Virus record (IMG/VR): IMGVR_UViG_3300031857_000972
Location: 1-29,896 of that record
Length of the DNA: 29,896 nucleotides
DNA from: a virus
Lineage: Duplodnaviria > Caudoviricetes
Reading direction: 5' to 3' (one strand)
Shown piece after piece: positions 1-9,598 of the stretch. The notes below the pieces were generated by a model, which made no database searches, had not been told where the DNA came from, and saw nothing but the letters and a program-made list of their open reading frames with translations. Each line of letters opens with the position of its first letter. The stretch's first letter is position 1. The translations under genes and the position numbers were made by a program.

Positions 1-1
1 G

Positions 2-160
2 CCACGTGATGAACATGACTTGGAAGCTGCCAGATTGTTAGAACGCATGGCACTGGTTTACGACGTAGCACAAGAGATGGTGTTTGCCCGCACAAACGAG
101 CATAGCCGCGCGGCTTACGCTGAGATGATCGACTTAATCAAGGGGAAGCAAATTGACTAA
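2..160 (+). CDS. Hypothetical phage protein, 5'-partial
   Basis: Frame 2 is open from the window edge (PRDEHDLEAARLLERMALVY...IKGKQID) to TAA at 158-160 and overlaps the next gene start. Confidence 0.6.
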   Translation, partial: PRDEHDLEAARLLERMALVYDVAQEMVFARTNEHSRAAYAEMIDLIKGKQID

Positions 161-428
161 GCATAGACACGCTGATCTCATCAAAGCATGGGCTGACGGG
201 GCTGAGATAGAGACATATTCCAAACGGCATCAGCGGTGGATGCACACACCACGCCCTGCATGGCACGAGGACTCTGAATATAGACTTCAGCCTTCAGCGA
301 TTATCTGGGAGGCGCGCATGGAGTATCGAAAGGATGTAGTCCATGCGTTTATATACGACGTTCCGAATCTTAGATTGTCCTTTGACCGAGATACTAAAAA
401 ACTTATAAAAGCGGAGGTGCTTGCGTGA
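153..428 (+). CDS. Hypothetical phage protein (KHRHADLIKAWADGAEIE type)
   Basis: 91 aa, TTG start after AGGGGAAG; the stop overlaps the polymerase start (GTGA). Confidence 0.75.
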   Translation: MTKHRHADLIKAWADGAEIETYSKRHQRWMHTPRPAWHEDSEYRLQPSAIIWEARMEYRKDVVHAFIYDVPNLRLSFDRDTKKLIKAEVLA

Positions 429-2269
429 ACATACTTACAGTCGATTTCGAGACTTACTACGACAAGGATTACTCCCTGTCCAAAATGCAGACTGATGAGT
501 ACATACTAGACCAGCGGTTCGAAGTCATCGGTGTGTGCGTAAGTGTTAACGATGAAGAGCCTGAGTGGTTCTCTGGTACGTTCGACGAAACCCATGACTG
601 GCTATGGGGTAACTTCGACTGGGTGAACTCTGCCGTGCGCTGCCACAATACACTGTTCGATGGGTTCATCCTGACGCAGCGGTTCGGCATTCGTCCTAAG
701 CTCTGGATGGATACATTGGCACAAGCTCGGATGATAAAGCCTTACCTGCCATCTCACTCACTTGCTGCCATGGCGAAGTACTACAAGCTGCCCGACAAGG
801 GCAACGCTGTGATGAATGCTCTGGGTGTTAATCGTGAGATGTTTACCCCTGCAGGGATCAGGAACTACGCCGAGTACTGCGTTCACGATACGATTCTCTG
901 CCGTGAGATCGGGCTTAGGATGGACCCGTTCACACCGCCACTGCACGCGCGACTGATCGACATGACGGTGAGGATGTTTACTGAGCCGCTGTTCGTCGGA
1001 GACGAAGCCAAGATGCAGGAGTTGTTTGATAAGGAAGTCCGGCGCAAGGACGATCTGCTGGCTGAGGCCGGTACGACTCGTGAATCGCTGATGTCCAACG
1101 GCTTCTTCGCAGACTTACTCAGGCAATATGGTGTCGAGCCGCCGATGAAAACCAGCAAGACGACCGGCAAGCCTACGCTGGCGCTGGCCAAGTCAGACAA
1201 GGAATTCACCGACCTGCTAGACCACGACAACCCACAGATTCAAGCACTCGTCGCCGCACGTCTGGGTGTCAAGACAACGATCGCTGAGACGCGCGCCGCC
1301 AAGTTCGTCAGCATGGCCAAGCGAGGCCCACTGCCGGTGTATTTGAACTTCTGGGGCGCCAAGACCACCGGGCGGTACTCAGGGGGCAATCAGGTGAACT
1401 GGCAGAACCTGCCGGCGCGTGGCCCCAGTGCGGGGCTGCGGGAGGCTTTGCTGGCTCCGGCGGGGCACTCTGTGCTGGTGGGCGACTCGTCCAACATCGA
1501 GCTACGCACGGTCATGGCTCTGGCCGGGCAGACCGACGTGCTGGATAAGCTACGCAACGGTGTAGATTTGTACTGCGACTTTGCCAGTCAGTTGTTTGGC
1601 AGGACGATCACCAAGGCAGACAAGGCTGAACGCTTCCTCGGCAAGACGGCGATGCTCGGGCTGCAGTACGGCGCAGGAGCCCCACGGTTCAAGGAAATGG
1701 TACGTCTCGCCGCGCGCACAGACCCGTCGATTAAAGAAATCGACATCAACGAGGCGTACAGGGTTGTTGATCTGTATAGGAACGTCCACCCGCAGGTCGT
1801 CGCATTATGGGAGCGGTGTCAGCAGGTCATCTTGCCGGATATTGCAAATGGGTGTAGTCTTACTCACGTCGATGTCAACGGCTGGTTTATCACCCAGAAG
1901 GATGGCTTCGGCAGACCGGGGGAACCCGGCGTTGTTTACAAAGACCTGCAGTACAGCCACAGTGCAAAAGAGTGGACGTACCAGATGGGTAGACAACGAG
2001 TACGCATTTACGGACCGAAAGTGGTCGAGAATTTGTCGCAGCACGCGGCTATGTTGATCGTTATGTGGCAGACCGCACGCATTAACGAGAAGCTGCCGAT
2101 CAAGCTGTCAGTCCATGATGAAGCGGTGACGATCGTGAAAGACGATGTATTGACTGAAGCTCGCGCCTATATGGAAGAGTGCCTGTCAATGGCTCCCAAG
2201 TGGTGTCGTGATGTGATTCCAGTAGCGTGCGAGACAGGTGTAGGTAAAAGCTATGGAGACGCGAAGTAA
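425..2269 (+). CDS. polA: Phage family A DNA polymerase with 3'-5' exonuclease domain
   Basis: Exo I DFET, Exo II HNTLFD, Exo III YCVHD, TTGRYSG, motif A GDSSNIELR, motif B RFLGKTAMLGLQYG, motif C SVHDE. Confidence 0.95.
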   Translation: MNILTVDFETYYDKDYSLSKMQTDEYILDQRFEVIGVCVSVNDEEPEWFSGTFDETHDWLWGNFDWVNSAVRCHNTLFDGFILTQRFGIRPKLWMDTLAQARMIKPYLPSHSLAAMAKYYKLPDKGNAVMNALGVNREMFTPAGIRNYAEYCVHDTILCREIGLRMDPFTPPLHARLIDMTVRMFTEPLFVGDEAKMQELFDKEVRRKDDLLAEAGTTRESLMSNGFFADLLRQYGVEPPMKTSKTTGKPTLALAKSDKEFTDLLDHDNPQIQALVAARLGVKTTIAETRAAKFVSMAKRGPLPVYLNFWGAKTTGRYSGGNQVNWQNLPARGPSAGLREALLAPAGHSVLVGDSSNIELRTVMALAGQTDVLDKLRNGVDLYCDFASQLFGRTITKADKAERFLGKTAMLGLQYGAGAPRFKEMVRLAARTDPSIKEIDINEAYRVVDLYRNVHPQVVALWERCQQVILPDIANGCSLTHVDVNGWFITQKDGFGRPGEPGVVYKDLQYSHSAKEWTYQMGRQRVRIYGPKVVENLSQHAAMLIVMWQTARINEKLPIKLSVHDEAVTIVKDDVLTEARAYMEECLSMAPKWCRDVIPVACETGVGKSYGDAK

Positions 2270-2961
2270 TGACCAAAGTAATGCCCTTGTCTTTCAGTAG
2301 GCTGTCTACGTTTGAGCAGTGCCCCGCGCAGTTCGATTACCTGTATGTATCCAAGCGGGTAGTCAATGAGAGCAATGAGCACTCTGATTATGGCGACCGT
2401 GTGCATAAGGTGTTGGAAGCCAAAGGTAAGGGCACGCTTGACGAAACAAAACTAAGCGCAGAAGAGTGGAGTTCCCTGCTGAGATGGGGGCATATCGTAG
2501 ATAAAATTATCTCTATACCGGGAGACAAATACTATGAACACCAAATGGCGGTTAATCGTAACCTCACACCCGTTGGATGGTTCGACTCCGACGTATGGAT
2601 TAGGTCTATTGCCGATGTGCTGGTTGTGGACGGCGCAACAGCGTATTGCCTTGACTATAAGACGGGCAAAGTTAAGGAAAACCCAACGCAGCTTCAGTTG
2701 TTTGCGGCAATGGTTTTCTGGCATTTTCCCGAAGTCCAGACGGTTAAGACTTCTTTTATCTGGCTCAAGTTTGACGAAGTAACCAACGCCAAATACGAGC
2801 GACGCTTTCTGGGCGCACTGTGGGGCGCACTGGAGCCAAGGTTTACCAAGGTGCAAGAGATTATCGACTTGGGCGTGTTCAATACCAAACCATCCGGGCT
2901 GTGCCCGTGGTGTGCTGCAAAAGACATATGCCCTGACGCAAGACTGAAAGGAAGACGATGA
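2269..2961 (+). CDS. Cas4/RecB-like PD-(D/E)XK exonuclease
   Basis: SFSRL..FEQCP, G.RVH, IADVL...DYKTGK, QLQLF and C-terminal CPWCxxxxxCP; TAATG-coupled to the polymerase. Confidence 0.9.
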   Translation: MTKVMPLSFSRLSTFEQCPAQFDYLYVSKRVVNESNEHSDYGDRVHKVLEAKGKGTLDETKLSAEEWSSLLRWGHIVDKIISIPGDKYYEHQMAVNRNLTPVGWFDSDVWIRSIADVLVVDGATAYCLDYKTGKVKENPTQLQLFAAMVFWHFPEVQTVKTSFIWLKFDEVTNAKYERRFLGALWGALEPRFTKVQEIIDLGVFNTKPSGLCPWCAAKDICPDARLKGRR

Positions 2962-3272
2962 GAGCAGAATTGAAGAAAGAAGCTGATGTAAAGAAAATAG
3001 TCAAAGACGCCTTAAGAGAAGTTGAGAAGTGTTACTGGTTTATGCCCCCGGCGAACGGGTTCGGTCGTGTAGGAATCCCAGACTTTGTTGGCTGGGTGAA
3101 CGGCCATGCGTTTGCGATCGAGACAAAGTACGGCAAAGGTGAATGCACACCGAACCAGTTGCGAGAAATCCAAGCGGCTACTCAGTGCGGCGCGCAGGTG
3201 TGGATTGTGCGGGAGACTTCAGTAGAAGCGTGGGTTAGTGAATTTAAAGGATGGGCAGCACTATGCTCGTAA
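2958..3272 (+). CDS. VRR-NUC domain nuclease (putative resolvase)
   Basis: E.DV, GIPDF, AIETK and TPNQ motifs in 104 aa, located between the exonuclease and helicase. Confidence 0.9.
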   Translation: MRAELKKEADVKKIVKDALREVEKCYWFMPPANGFGRVGIPDFVGWVNGHAFAIETKYGKGECTPNQLREIQAATQCGAQVWIVRETSVEAWVSEFKGWAALCS

Positions 3273-4816
3273 TACCAGACAAACGTAAGATTATTATCAA
3301 CAGCAGCGAGAACTCTGCCATCGCGCAGTTTATACCCCATGCCAAGACATTCCAGCATAACGGCGACAGTCTCGTTGCCCTGCCTTATGGCGTTGATGAG
3401 TCTATGGTTCTTCGCAACCTTGGTTTTCACGTGCCTGCGCCTATTCTGCAGTACTACCAGTGGCCGGGGCGGTTCGCCCCGATGGATCACCAGAAGGAAA
3501 CCGCAGCGTTTCTGACGACTCATCGCAAAGCGCTGTGCCTTAACGCGCCGGGTACTGGCAAGTCGATCAGTTCGATCTGGGCTGCTGACTTCTTGCTGGA
3601 AGAGGGCGTGGCTAGGAAGGTGCTCATCATCGCTCCGCTATCTACACTGACGGTTGTCTGGGGCAGAGAACTGAAGCACCACTTGCCACACAGAAGTTTT
3701 GTTATTTGCACAGGCAACAAAGAGAAGCGGCAGCGGCTGCTAGAGCAGCCCGGCGTGCAGTACGTCATCATCAACCATGACGGCTTTACCAGTATGCACA
3801 AGGAACTGACTGGCTTTGATGTTGTGATCTACGACGAGGCTACAGCACTGAAGTCGCCGAGTTCTCAGCGGTACAAAATATTTTCTCGTTGGATGCAAGA
3901 GCACCAGCCGTGGCTGTGGTTGCTGACCGGCACACCGATCTCTCAAACGCCTGCTGACGCATGGACGCTGGCTAGGTTGGTGGGTTCGCCTACAGTGCCC
4001 AAGAGTTTCACCACGTTCAAAGACTTGGTGATGAAGAAAGTCACAACCTTCCGGTGGGTGCCACGCGAAGATGCGCTGGAGACTTGCAAAAAAGTGCTAC
4101 AGCCGTCGATCAGGTTCTCGCTGGATGAATGCAAGGATTTGCCGGATACTAACTTCGTCGGACGCAAGACTGAGCTTACCAAGCAGCAAGAGAAAGCGTT
4201 CAAGGAAATGAAGGACAAGGCGGTGACTGTATTCGCTCAAGGCGAGGTCGCTGCGCCCAACGCTGCGGTGATGCTGTCGAAGCTTTTGCAGATTAGCTGC
4301 GGGGTTGTGTATGGGGATGTCGGTCCAATTGCAGTAGACGCGCAAGAGCGGTATAATACGCTTACTGAATTACTTGAAGAGATTGGCGACAAGGCCATTA
4401 TCTTCGTGCCGCTCAAAGGCGTGCAGTTGTGGCTACGGGATAAGCTAATTGCGGACAAGTTCGACGTTGCGATGGTCAACGGCGACACATCCAAGAACGA
4501 GCGTAACCAGATATTTAATGACTTCCAGCACACTGACACACCCAAGATACTGCTAGCACATCCGAAGGTGGCCGCGCACGGACTGACGTTGACCCGTGCC
4601 AGAGACATCATCTGGTTTGCGCCGATCTATTCGTTGGAGCAGTATGAGCAGGCTAACGCAAGGATTCGTCGGTTGAACACAACCGGCAAAACGACTGTGT
4701 GGCACATCTACGCCACCAGCTTCGAAGCAGAGCTATACCGCCGGCTGCGTGCGAAGCAAAATACTTTGGCGGAGTTTTTGGCGCTGGTGCAAGGCGTCAA
4801 CAGTGACGACGAGTGA
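3251..4816 (+). CDS. SNF2-family SF2 helicase/ATPase
   Basis: Walker A APGTGKS, Ia IIAPLS, Walker B IYDEAT, III TGTP, V HGLTL, VI QANARIRR. The start may instead be the ATG at 3263. Confidence 0.93.
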   Translation: MGSTMLVIPDKRKIIINSSENSAIAQFIPHAKTFQHNGDSLVALPYGVDESMVLRNLGFHVPAPILQYYQWPGRFAPMDHQKETAAFLTTHRKALCLNAPGTGKSISSIWAADFLLEEGVARKVLIIAPLSTLTVVWGRELKHHLPHRSFVICTGNKEKRQRLLEQPGVQYVIINHDGFTSMHKELTGFDVVIYDEATALKSPSSQRYKIFSRWMQEHQPWLWLLTGTPISQTPADAWTLARLVGSPTVPKSFTTFKDLVMKKVTTFRWVPREDALETCKKVLQPSIRFSLDECKDLPDTNFVGRKTELTKQQEKAFKEMKDKAVTVFAQGEVAAPNAAVMLSKLLQISCGVVYGDVGPIAVDAQERYNTLTELLEEIGDKAIIFVPLKGVQLWLRDKLIADKFDVAMVNGDTSKNERNQIFNDFQHTDTPKILLAHPKVAAHGLTLTRARDIIWFAPIYSLEQYEQANARIRRLNTTGKTTVWHIYATSFEAELYRRLRAKQNTLAEFLALVQGVNSDDE

Positions 4817-4828
4817 CTAGGAGGAAGT

Positions 4829-5221
4829 ATGAATTACGAACTTGCCGCTGAGCGGTATATCAACGTGCGCAACGCTATCGACAAATTGGAGCGTGAGCAC
4901 AAGGCAGCAAAAGCCGAACTTGCTGAGAAGCTTGCCATGTTAGAGAACTGGTTCACTGCCAAGGCGCAGGAGGACGGGTTGGACTCTATCAAGACATCGT
5001 ATGGCACGGGCTACTGGTCTACGCACCACACTGCGACCGTTGCTTCGCGCGAAGAATTCTTTGGCTATTGCAAAGAAAATGACACATGGGATTTGGTCGA
5101 GGCCCGTGCGTCCAAGACTGGGGTTAAGAGTTTCATCGAAGGGCATGGCACTCCGCCCCCCGGTATTAACTTCTCGTCCACCCGTGTTTTTAATTTCCGT
5201 AAAGCTCAGAGCAAGGAGTAA
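4829..5221 (+). CDS. Gam/Gp157-like coiled-coil protein
   Basis: Strong SD (AGGAGG), N-terminal coiled coil, KTSYGT strand and C-terminal PPGI. The family call is tentative. Confidence 0.6.
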   Translation: MNYELAAERYINVRNAIDKLEREHKAAKAELAEKLAMLENWFTAKAQEDGLDSIKTSYGTGYWSTHHTATVASREEFFGYCKENDTWDLVEARASKTGVKSFIEGHGTPPPGINFSSTRVFNFRKAQSKE

Positions 5222-5224
5222 ATA

Positions 5225-6160
5225 ATGAGCAACGTAACTACAGTACCAGCACACATCGCCGCCCGTATTGCTGCGCGCCAGCAAGCGGGTACTAAATCAA
5301 GTGTTGCAGCGGCTATCGTCAGCGACGGCCCAAGCATCCCGCGTATCTCCATCCGTGCCGGTCGTTATCGTCTGGTCGAGGATGGCGTCGAAACCCCAGT
5401 GGGCGTGACACTGGACACCATCATCGTCGGTGCTAATCCGCGCGTATCGAAAGTGTTCTATGGCAAGCAGTTCGATGCCTCGGCCTCTGACGTGCGTCCG
5501 GATTGCTGGTCGAACGATGGCTTGAAGCCCGACGTGTCTGTGGATAAGCCTGTGCACACCAGCTGCGCCGACTGCCCGCACAATGTTCTGGGCTCCAAGA
5601 TTCTGCCCTCGGGTGCGAAGTCGAAGATGTGCTCCGACCAGCGCCATCTGGCAGTTGTGCCAGCGGCTGACCCGACCAAGGTATACAGCCTGACCGTGCC
5701 GGTTTCCGGCATGAAAGCTCTGCGTGAGTATTTCAAAGAGCTAGGTAACTATGGCATTGGTCCTGAAGAGGCGATCACTGAGCTCGGCTTCGATGACACC
5801 GCGAGTTATCCAAAGATCACGTTCAAGCAGAAAGGCTATGTGCCTGAAAAAGCTATGGCGCGTGTGGATACCATGTTGGACAGCGATCCGGTGAAAGTGG
5901 CTACTCGCCAAATCGCCCCGTCACAAGCAGGACCTGCACTTGCTGCGCCGCAGAAAGCAACCCAGATCGCCGCCCCAGCTACTTCAGCTGCGCCTCAACC
6001 TGTTGATGATGCGTATGAGGAAGAAACTCCAACGCCTGAAGTCGCTGCTGCCCCACCTGAGCAAGTGACTCCAAAGTCAGCAAAAGAGAAGCCGTCGGTT
6101 GCCCCAGTAAAAGCGTCGGATGAATTGTCCGCAAAGCTCGACAGCCTGTTCGACGAGTAA
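5225..6160 (+). CDS. Putative ssDNA-binding/annealing protein
   Basis: SD AAGGAG; four Cys (CWS, CADCP, KMC); Pro/Ala-rich linker; acidic-aromatic tail LDSLFDE; replication context. Confidence 0.65.
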   Translation: MSNVTTVPAHIAARIAARQQAGTKSSVAAAIVSDGPSIPRISIRAGRYRLVEDGVETPVGVTLDTIIVGANPRVSKVFYGKQFDASASDVRPDCWSNDGLKPDVSVDKPVHTSCADCPHNVLGSKILPSGAKSKMCSDQRHLAVVPAADPTKVYSLTVPVSGMKALREYFKELGNYGIGPEEAITELGFDDTASYPKITFKQKGYVPEKAMARVDTMLDSDPVKVATRQIAPSQAGPALAAPQKATQIAAPATSAAPQPVDDAYEEETPTPEVAAAPPEQVTPKSAKEKPSVAPVKASDELSAKLDSLFDE

Positions 6161-6166
6161 TAGAAT
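6138..6166 (+). promoter_or_regulatory. Putative sigma70-type promoter upstream of the primase-helicase
   Basis: TCGACA (6138-6143), 17-nt spacer, TAGAAT (6161-6166); each hexamer matches consensus at 5/6. Confidence 0.45.
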
Positions 6167-6180
6167 AGGTTCACGGGACC

Positions 6181-6204
6181 CCCCGGCTTAGGCCGGGGTT
6201 TTTT
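6181..6204 (+). terminator. Rho-independent terminator
   Basis: CCCCGGC-TTAG-GCCGGGG (7-bp GC stem) followed by TTTTTT, 20 nt after the SSB-like stop. Confidence 0.88.
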
Positions 6205-6214
6205 ATCTGAGGGC

Positions 6215-9178
6215 ATGGAATTGGATACTAAAAACTTTCTTACTCGCGTATTCGCCCAACGAGATGAACTAGTTGTAGCAACATGGAAGCCAGACCCTGC
6301 AGGTAATCTGAAGAACGGGTTCTTCTGGAATCGTGGTTCATTCTCGAATATTGATGACGCCGTTGCAGCCATATCGCAATGGGATCAAGAAAAAGAAACG
6401 ACAGTCTATTTCGGCGTAGGCGCATTTGCAGGACATGACTATGTTGACGTTAATGGAAGAAAAAAGTGGAGACGCACTCAAGACAAAGCGACTTGGTTTA
6501 AGGCGCTGGCGCTTGATCTGGATATTGGAAGCGATAAGCCATATGCCACCCAGAAGGAAGGATGGGCTGCGCTCAGACTCGCGCTTGCTGCGATCAACTT
6601 CCCAACACCCATGGTCATATCATCTGGTCGTGGGCTGCACTGCTATTGGCCGCTTACTACGCCGATTAGTGCGGAGCACTGGACGAAAGCTTCTACAGCG
6701 TTGCGTATCGCTCTGGAAGAAAATGACGTAGTAATTGACACTACAAAAATTCACGACACATCGATGGTGCTTCGCCCCGTCGGTACTTATCATAAAAAAC
6801 AACAGCCTTGGAAACTTGTTGAATGCAAACTCGACTGCCCCGACTACGATCCGATTCAGCTTTTCACTACGTTGAAGCCATGGTTCGGCAAAGCCACCAA
6901 ACAACGACCTACCCAAAAGACTACGAAGTCGTCGATTGCCTCCGCCGTTTTGAACACCAACGACGTGATCGTGTCCGTCGTAGGTCAGCACTGCAAACAA
7001 ATCCGAGCGCTACTTTCCAGTGGTGGGGTGACAGACGCATCGGGGAGCCCAGTGCAGGAGCCGATGTGGAGGGCGTCACTGGGGCTGGCTAAGCACGCTA
7101 CCGATGTCAAAGAAGCTGTCATTATGCTGGCGGGGAAACATCCTGACTTTGATCTGAATGACAGCATGAATAAGATGGCTGGGTGGAAAGGCACAGGTCC
7201 AACCACTTGCGCCAAGTTCGAACAGCTGTGCATGGAAGGATGCAAGGGATGCCCACACAAAGGCAAGATCACCAGCCCTGCGCAACTATCATCATCGCCG
7301 ACCAGCACCGTCATTGACGAACAAGGCGAAGCTATTGAAATCGAACTGCCCAAGCCATACGTAGAGAAAGACAACAAGATATTCAAAGAAGTAAGTATCG
7401 AGACTGAAGTCACAGACGCCAACGGCAATGCGGCAACAGTAACGACAACAGACTGGGAGTTGATATCGCCATATCCCATGCACATCACAGGTGTGTACAA
7501 AGATGGTGTATCAGGCAAGACAACATTCAGACTGGCTATTAAATACCCGATGACAGGGTGGCAGGAAGAAGATCACGAAGTATCAGTAATCGCTACGATC
7601 GGAAAGGATTTCGCAACCTTCCTACTCAATAGGCAGGTGTTTGGTTTAAAGGGCGTAGGCCAGCAGGAAAAATTACGAGGTTACTTAATGGACTACTTAA
7701 CAATGGTGCAGCAACAGTCTCCTACCGGCGTCGATTTTGTCGCGTTCGGCTGGCAGGATGACGAGTCATTTTTGTGTGGCGAGAAGATCATCAACTCGCC
7801 CACGGGCAGTACAGACCGCCGCCTGCGCGGCGCGGCTTCGCGCTACTCAGAGATCATCAAGCCACATGGCGACCGCCAGACGTGGATAGACGCGATGAAT
7901 ATGCTCAACGAGCCGGGCACACATACACTGCGCTCCGCGATCGTGCTGGCGCTCTCTGGGCTGCTGGGCAAGGTATCTGGCAATGCTTCGCTGGTTGTGT
8001 CGATCTACTCCACAGAGACGACCACCGGCAAGACGTTGGCGTTGATGGGTGCCAACAGCCTGATCGGCCACCCGCGCGACCTGTTCATGACTAAGCTGGA
8101 TACCAGCAACGCGCTGTTTAAAATACGTGGCGTGCTGAACAATCTGCCATGCACCATCGACGAGTTGACCACGGCATCTGACGAGGATGTGGCTGACTTG
8201 GCTTATAACCTGAGCCAAGGGCGTGAGAAGATTTCCATGTCCAAAGACCGGGAGATCAGAGAACCCGTCAAGTGGGATGGCCCCACACTGATTACGACCA
8301 ACATCTCGCTGCACCAGAAGTTCGACAACGTCCAGACCAGCAACGACCCGCTGCGCGCCCGGGTGATCGAGCTCCACCACCATGACCGCACATTCATCGA
8401 GACGGACGCCACCGGCTACAGCAACGGCTATCGGTTCTTCGACCTGATCGCCAAGAACAATGGCTGGGCGTACCCGGAACTGGTCGAGGCCGTGGTAGCC
8501 ATGGGTGGCCCTGAGCTTGTCTATAAGAAAGGCGTGGATGCTTTCCAGCGCCGGTTCAACTTCATGTTCGAGCCGCAGGAGCGGTTCTATCGATCGGGCA
8601 TCATCAACGGCTGGATTATTGCCAAGATCGGCCAGAAGCTCGGTCTGCTGCCGTTTGACGTGGACGCCACAACCCAGTACCTAATTGACTGCGTGAAGCA
8701 GACCCGCAAGGACACCGAGGCTAGCAAGCAGGATGTGTTCGACACCATCGGCCAGTTCCTGCAAGAGCATAACGACCAGCTGATCGAGGTCACTGAGGTC
8801 TACGGCTCGGCCAAAGAGCAGGTGCATATCCCGGCGCCTGAGCGGGCTGTGGCAAGGATTAAGGTGGTCTACGACAGCAACACCCCCGTCATGCCGGGCA
8901 GCAACCTGACGATCAATCTGTCGGCGCTGAAGAGGTGGCTGTCAAAGACCAGAGACGGAGTCGATCGAGTAGTGCGGGAGTTGGAGCAGAACGGGGCATT
9001 GATATCTGCACGTGAGCGGGTTACTATGTTCAAGGGATGTCATAACCGTAATCCCGGACAGGCACACTGCCTGATTGTTAACATCAACCACCCGCGCTTT
9101 GTAGATGCGCTGACTAGCACTTCAGCCAGATTACAGAGTCCCGTGGCGCTAGCAGTGCTGCAAGGTGGACAAACTTAG
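6215..9178 (+). CDS. Primase-helicase (AEP-like primase, Cys cluster, DUF927-like/SF3-type helicase)
   Basis: ALDLD, SGRGLHCYW and VLRPVGT primase motifs; CAKFEQLCMEGCKGCPH; Walker A-like STETTTGKT; Walker B CTIDE; ITTN. Confidence 0.88.
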   Translation: MELDTKNFLTRVFAQRDELVVATWKPDPAGNLKNGFFWNRGSFSNIDDAVAAISQWDQEKETTVYFGVGAFAGHDYVDVNGRKKWRRTQDKATWFKALALDLDIGSDKPYATQKEGWAALRLALAAINFPTPMVISSGRGLHCYWPLTTPISAEHWTKASTALRIALEENDVVIDTTKIHDTSMVLRPVGTYHKKQQPWKLVECKLDCPDYDPIQLFTTLKPWFGKATKQRPTQKTTKSSIASAVLNTNDVIVSVVGQHCKQIRALLSSGGVTDASGSPVQEPMWRASLGLAKHATDVKEAVIMLAGKHPDFDLNDSMNKMAGWKGTGPTTCAKFEQLCMEGCKGCPHKGKITSPAQLSSSPTSTVIDEQGEAIEIELPKPYVEKDNKIFKEVSIETEVTDANGNAATVTTTDWELISPYPMHITGVYKDGVSGKTTFRLAIKYPMTGWQEEDHEVSVIATIGKDFATFLLNRQVFGLKGVGQQEKLRGYLMDYLTMVQQQSPTGVDFVAFGWQDDESFLCGEKIINSPTGSTDRRLRGAASRYSEIIKPHGDRQTWIDAMNMLNEPGTHTLRSAIVLALSGLLGKVSGNASLVVSIYSTETTTGKTLALMGANSLIGHPRDLFMTKLDTSNALFKIRGVLNNLPCTIDELTTASDEDVADLAYNLSQGREKISMSKDREIREPVKWDGPTLITTNISLHQKFDNVQTSNDPLRARVIELHHHDRTFIETDATGYSNGYRFFDLIAKNNGWAYPELVEAVVAMGGPELVYKKGVDAFQRRFNFMFEPQERFYRSGIINGWIIAKIGQKLGLLPFDVDATTQYLIDCVKQTRKDTEASKQDVFDTIGQFLQEHNDQLIEVTEVYGSAKEQVHIPAPERAVARIKVVYDSNTPVMPGSNLTINLSALKRWLSKTRDGVDRVVRELEQNGALISARERVTMFKGCHNRNPGQAHCLIVNINHPRFVDALTSTSARLQSPVALAVLQGGQT

Positions 9179-9187
9179 GAGCTACCC

Positions 9188-9439
9188 ATGCCACGTAACT
9201 TCCGACAGGAATATGATCGATATCAAGGAAAGCCCGAACAAATAGCGAATCGCGCGAAACGCAACGCCGCACGTCGGGAGATGGAAAAGAAGGGCGCGGT
9301 ATCAAAGGGCGACGGGAAGGATGTGGATCACAAGACGCCCATCGCCAAAGGCGGTGGGAATGGAACAGGGAACCTGCGCGCAGTACCTAAGTCGGCGAAC
9401 CGATCGTTTCCTCGTACTAAACGCGCAGGTATGAAGTAA
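9188..9439 (+). CDS. Small HNH endonuclease
   Basis: SD AGGAG; DVDHKTPIAKGGGNGTGNLRAVPKSANR beta-beta-alpha-Me motif. Confidence 0.85.
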   Translation: MPRNFRQEYDRYQGKPEQIANRAKRNAARREMEKKGAVSKGDGKDVDHKTPIAKGGGNGTGNLRAVPKSANRSFPRTKRAGMK

Positions 9440-9598
9440 TCATTTACGGCGAGTGGCGGGGGTTTTCATAGGCTTTGCCTTACCCTTGCCAGTCATCTCT
9501 TTACCTACAGACATAGGCACGCCGACCTTCTTAGCGAAGGCCGGGCTATGCGCAACAGCCTGCATGAACTTCTCTTGCTTGGCTGACTTGGTAGGCAT
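9440..9598 (-). CDS. Small basic protein, 52 aa (not in ORF track)
   Basis: MPTKSAKQEKFMQAVAHSPAFAKKVGVPMSVGKEMTGKGKAKPMKTPATRRK; TAATG-coupled to the upstream ORF; its stop abuts the HNH stop. Confidence 0.8.
   Translation of the reverse strand: MPTKSAKQEKFMQAVAHSPAFAKKVGVPMSVGKEMTGKGKAKPMKTPATRRK

Noticed and set aside
2269-2961. Cas4-like gene as evidence of CRISPR
   Set aside because: No array or other cas genes; solo Cas4-like nucleases are common in phage replication modules.
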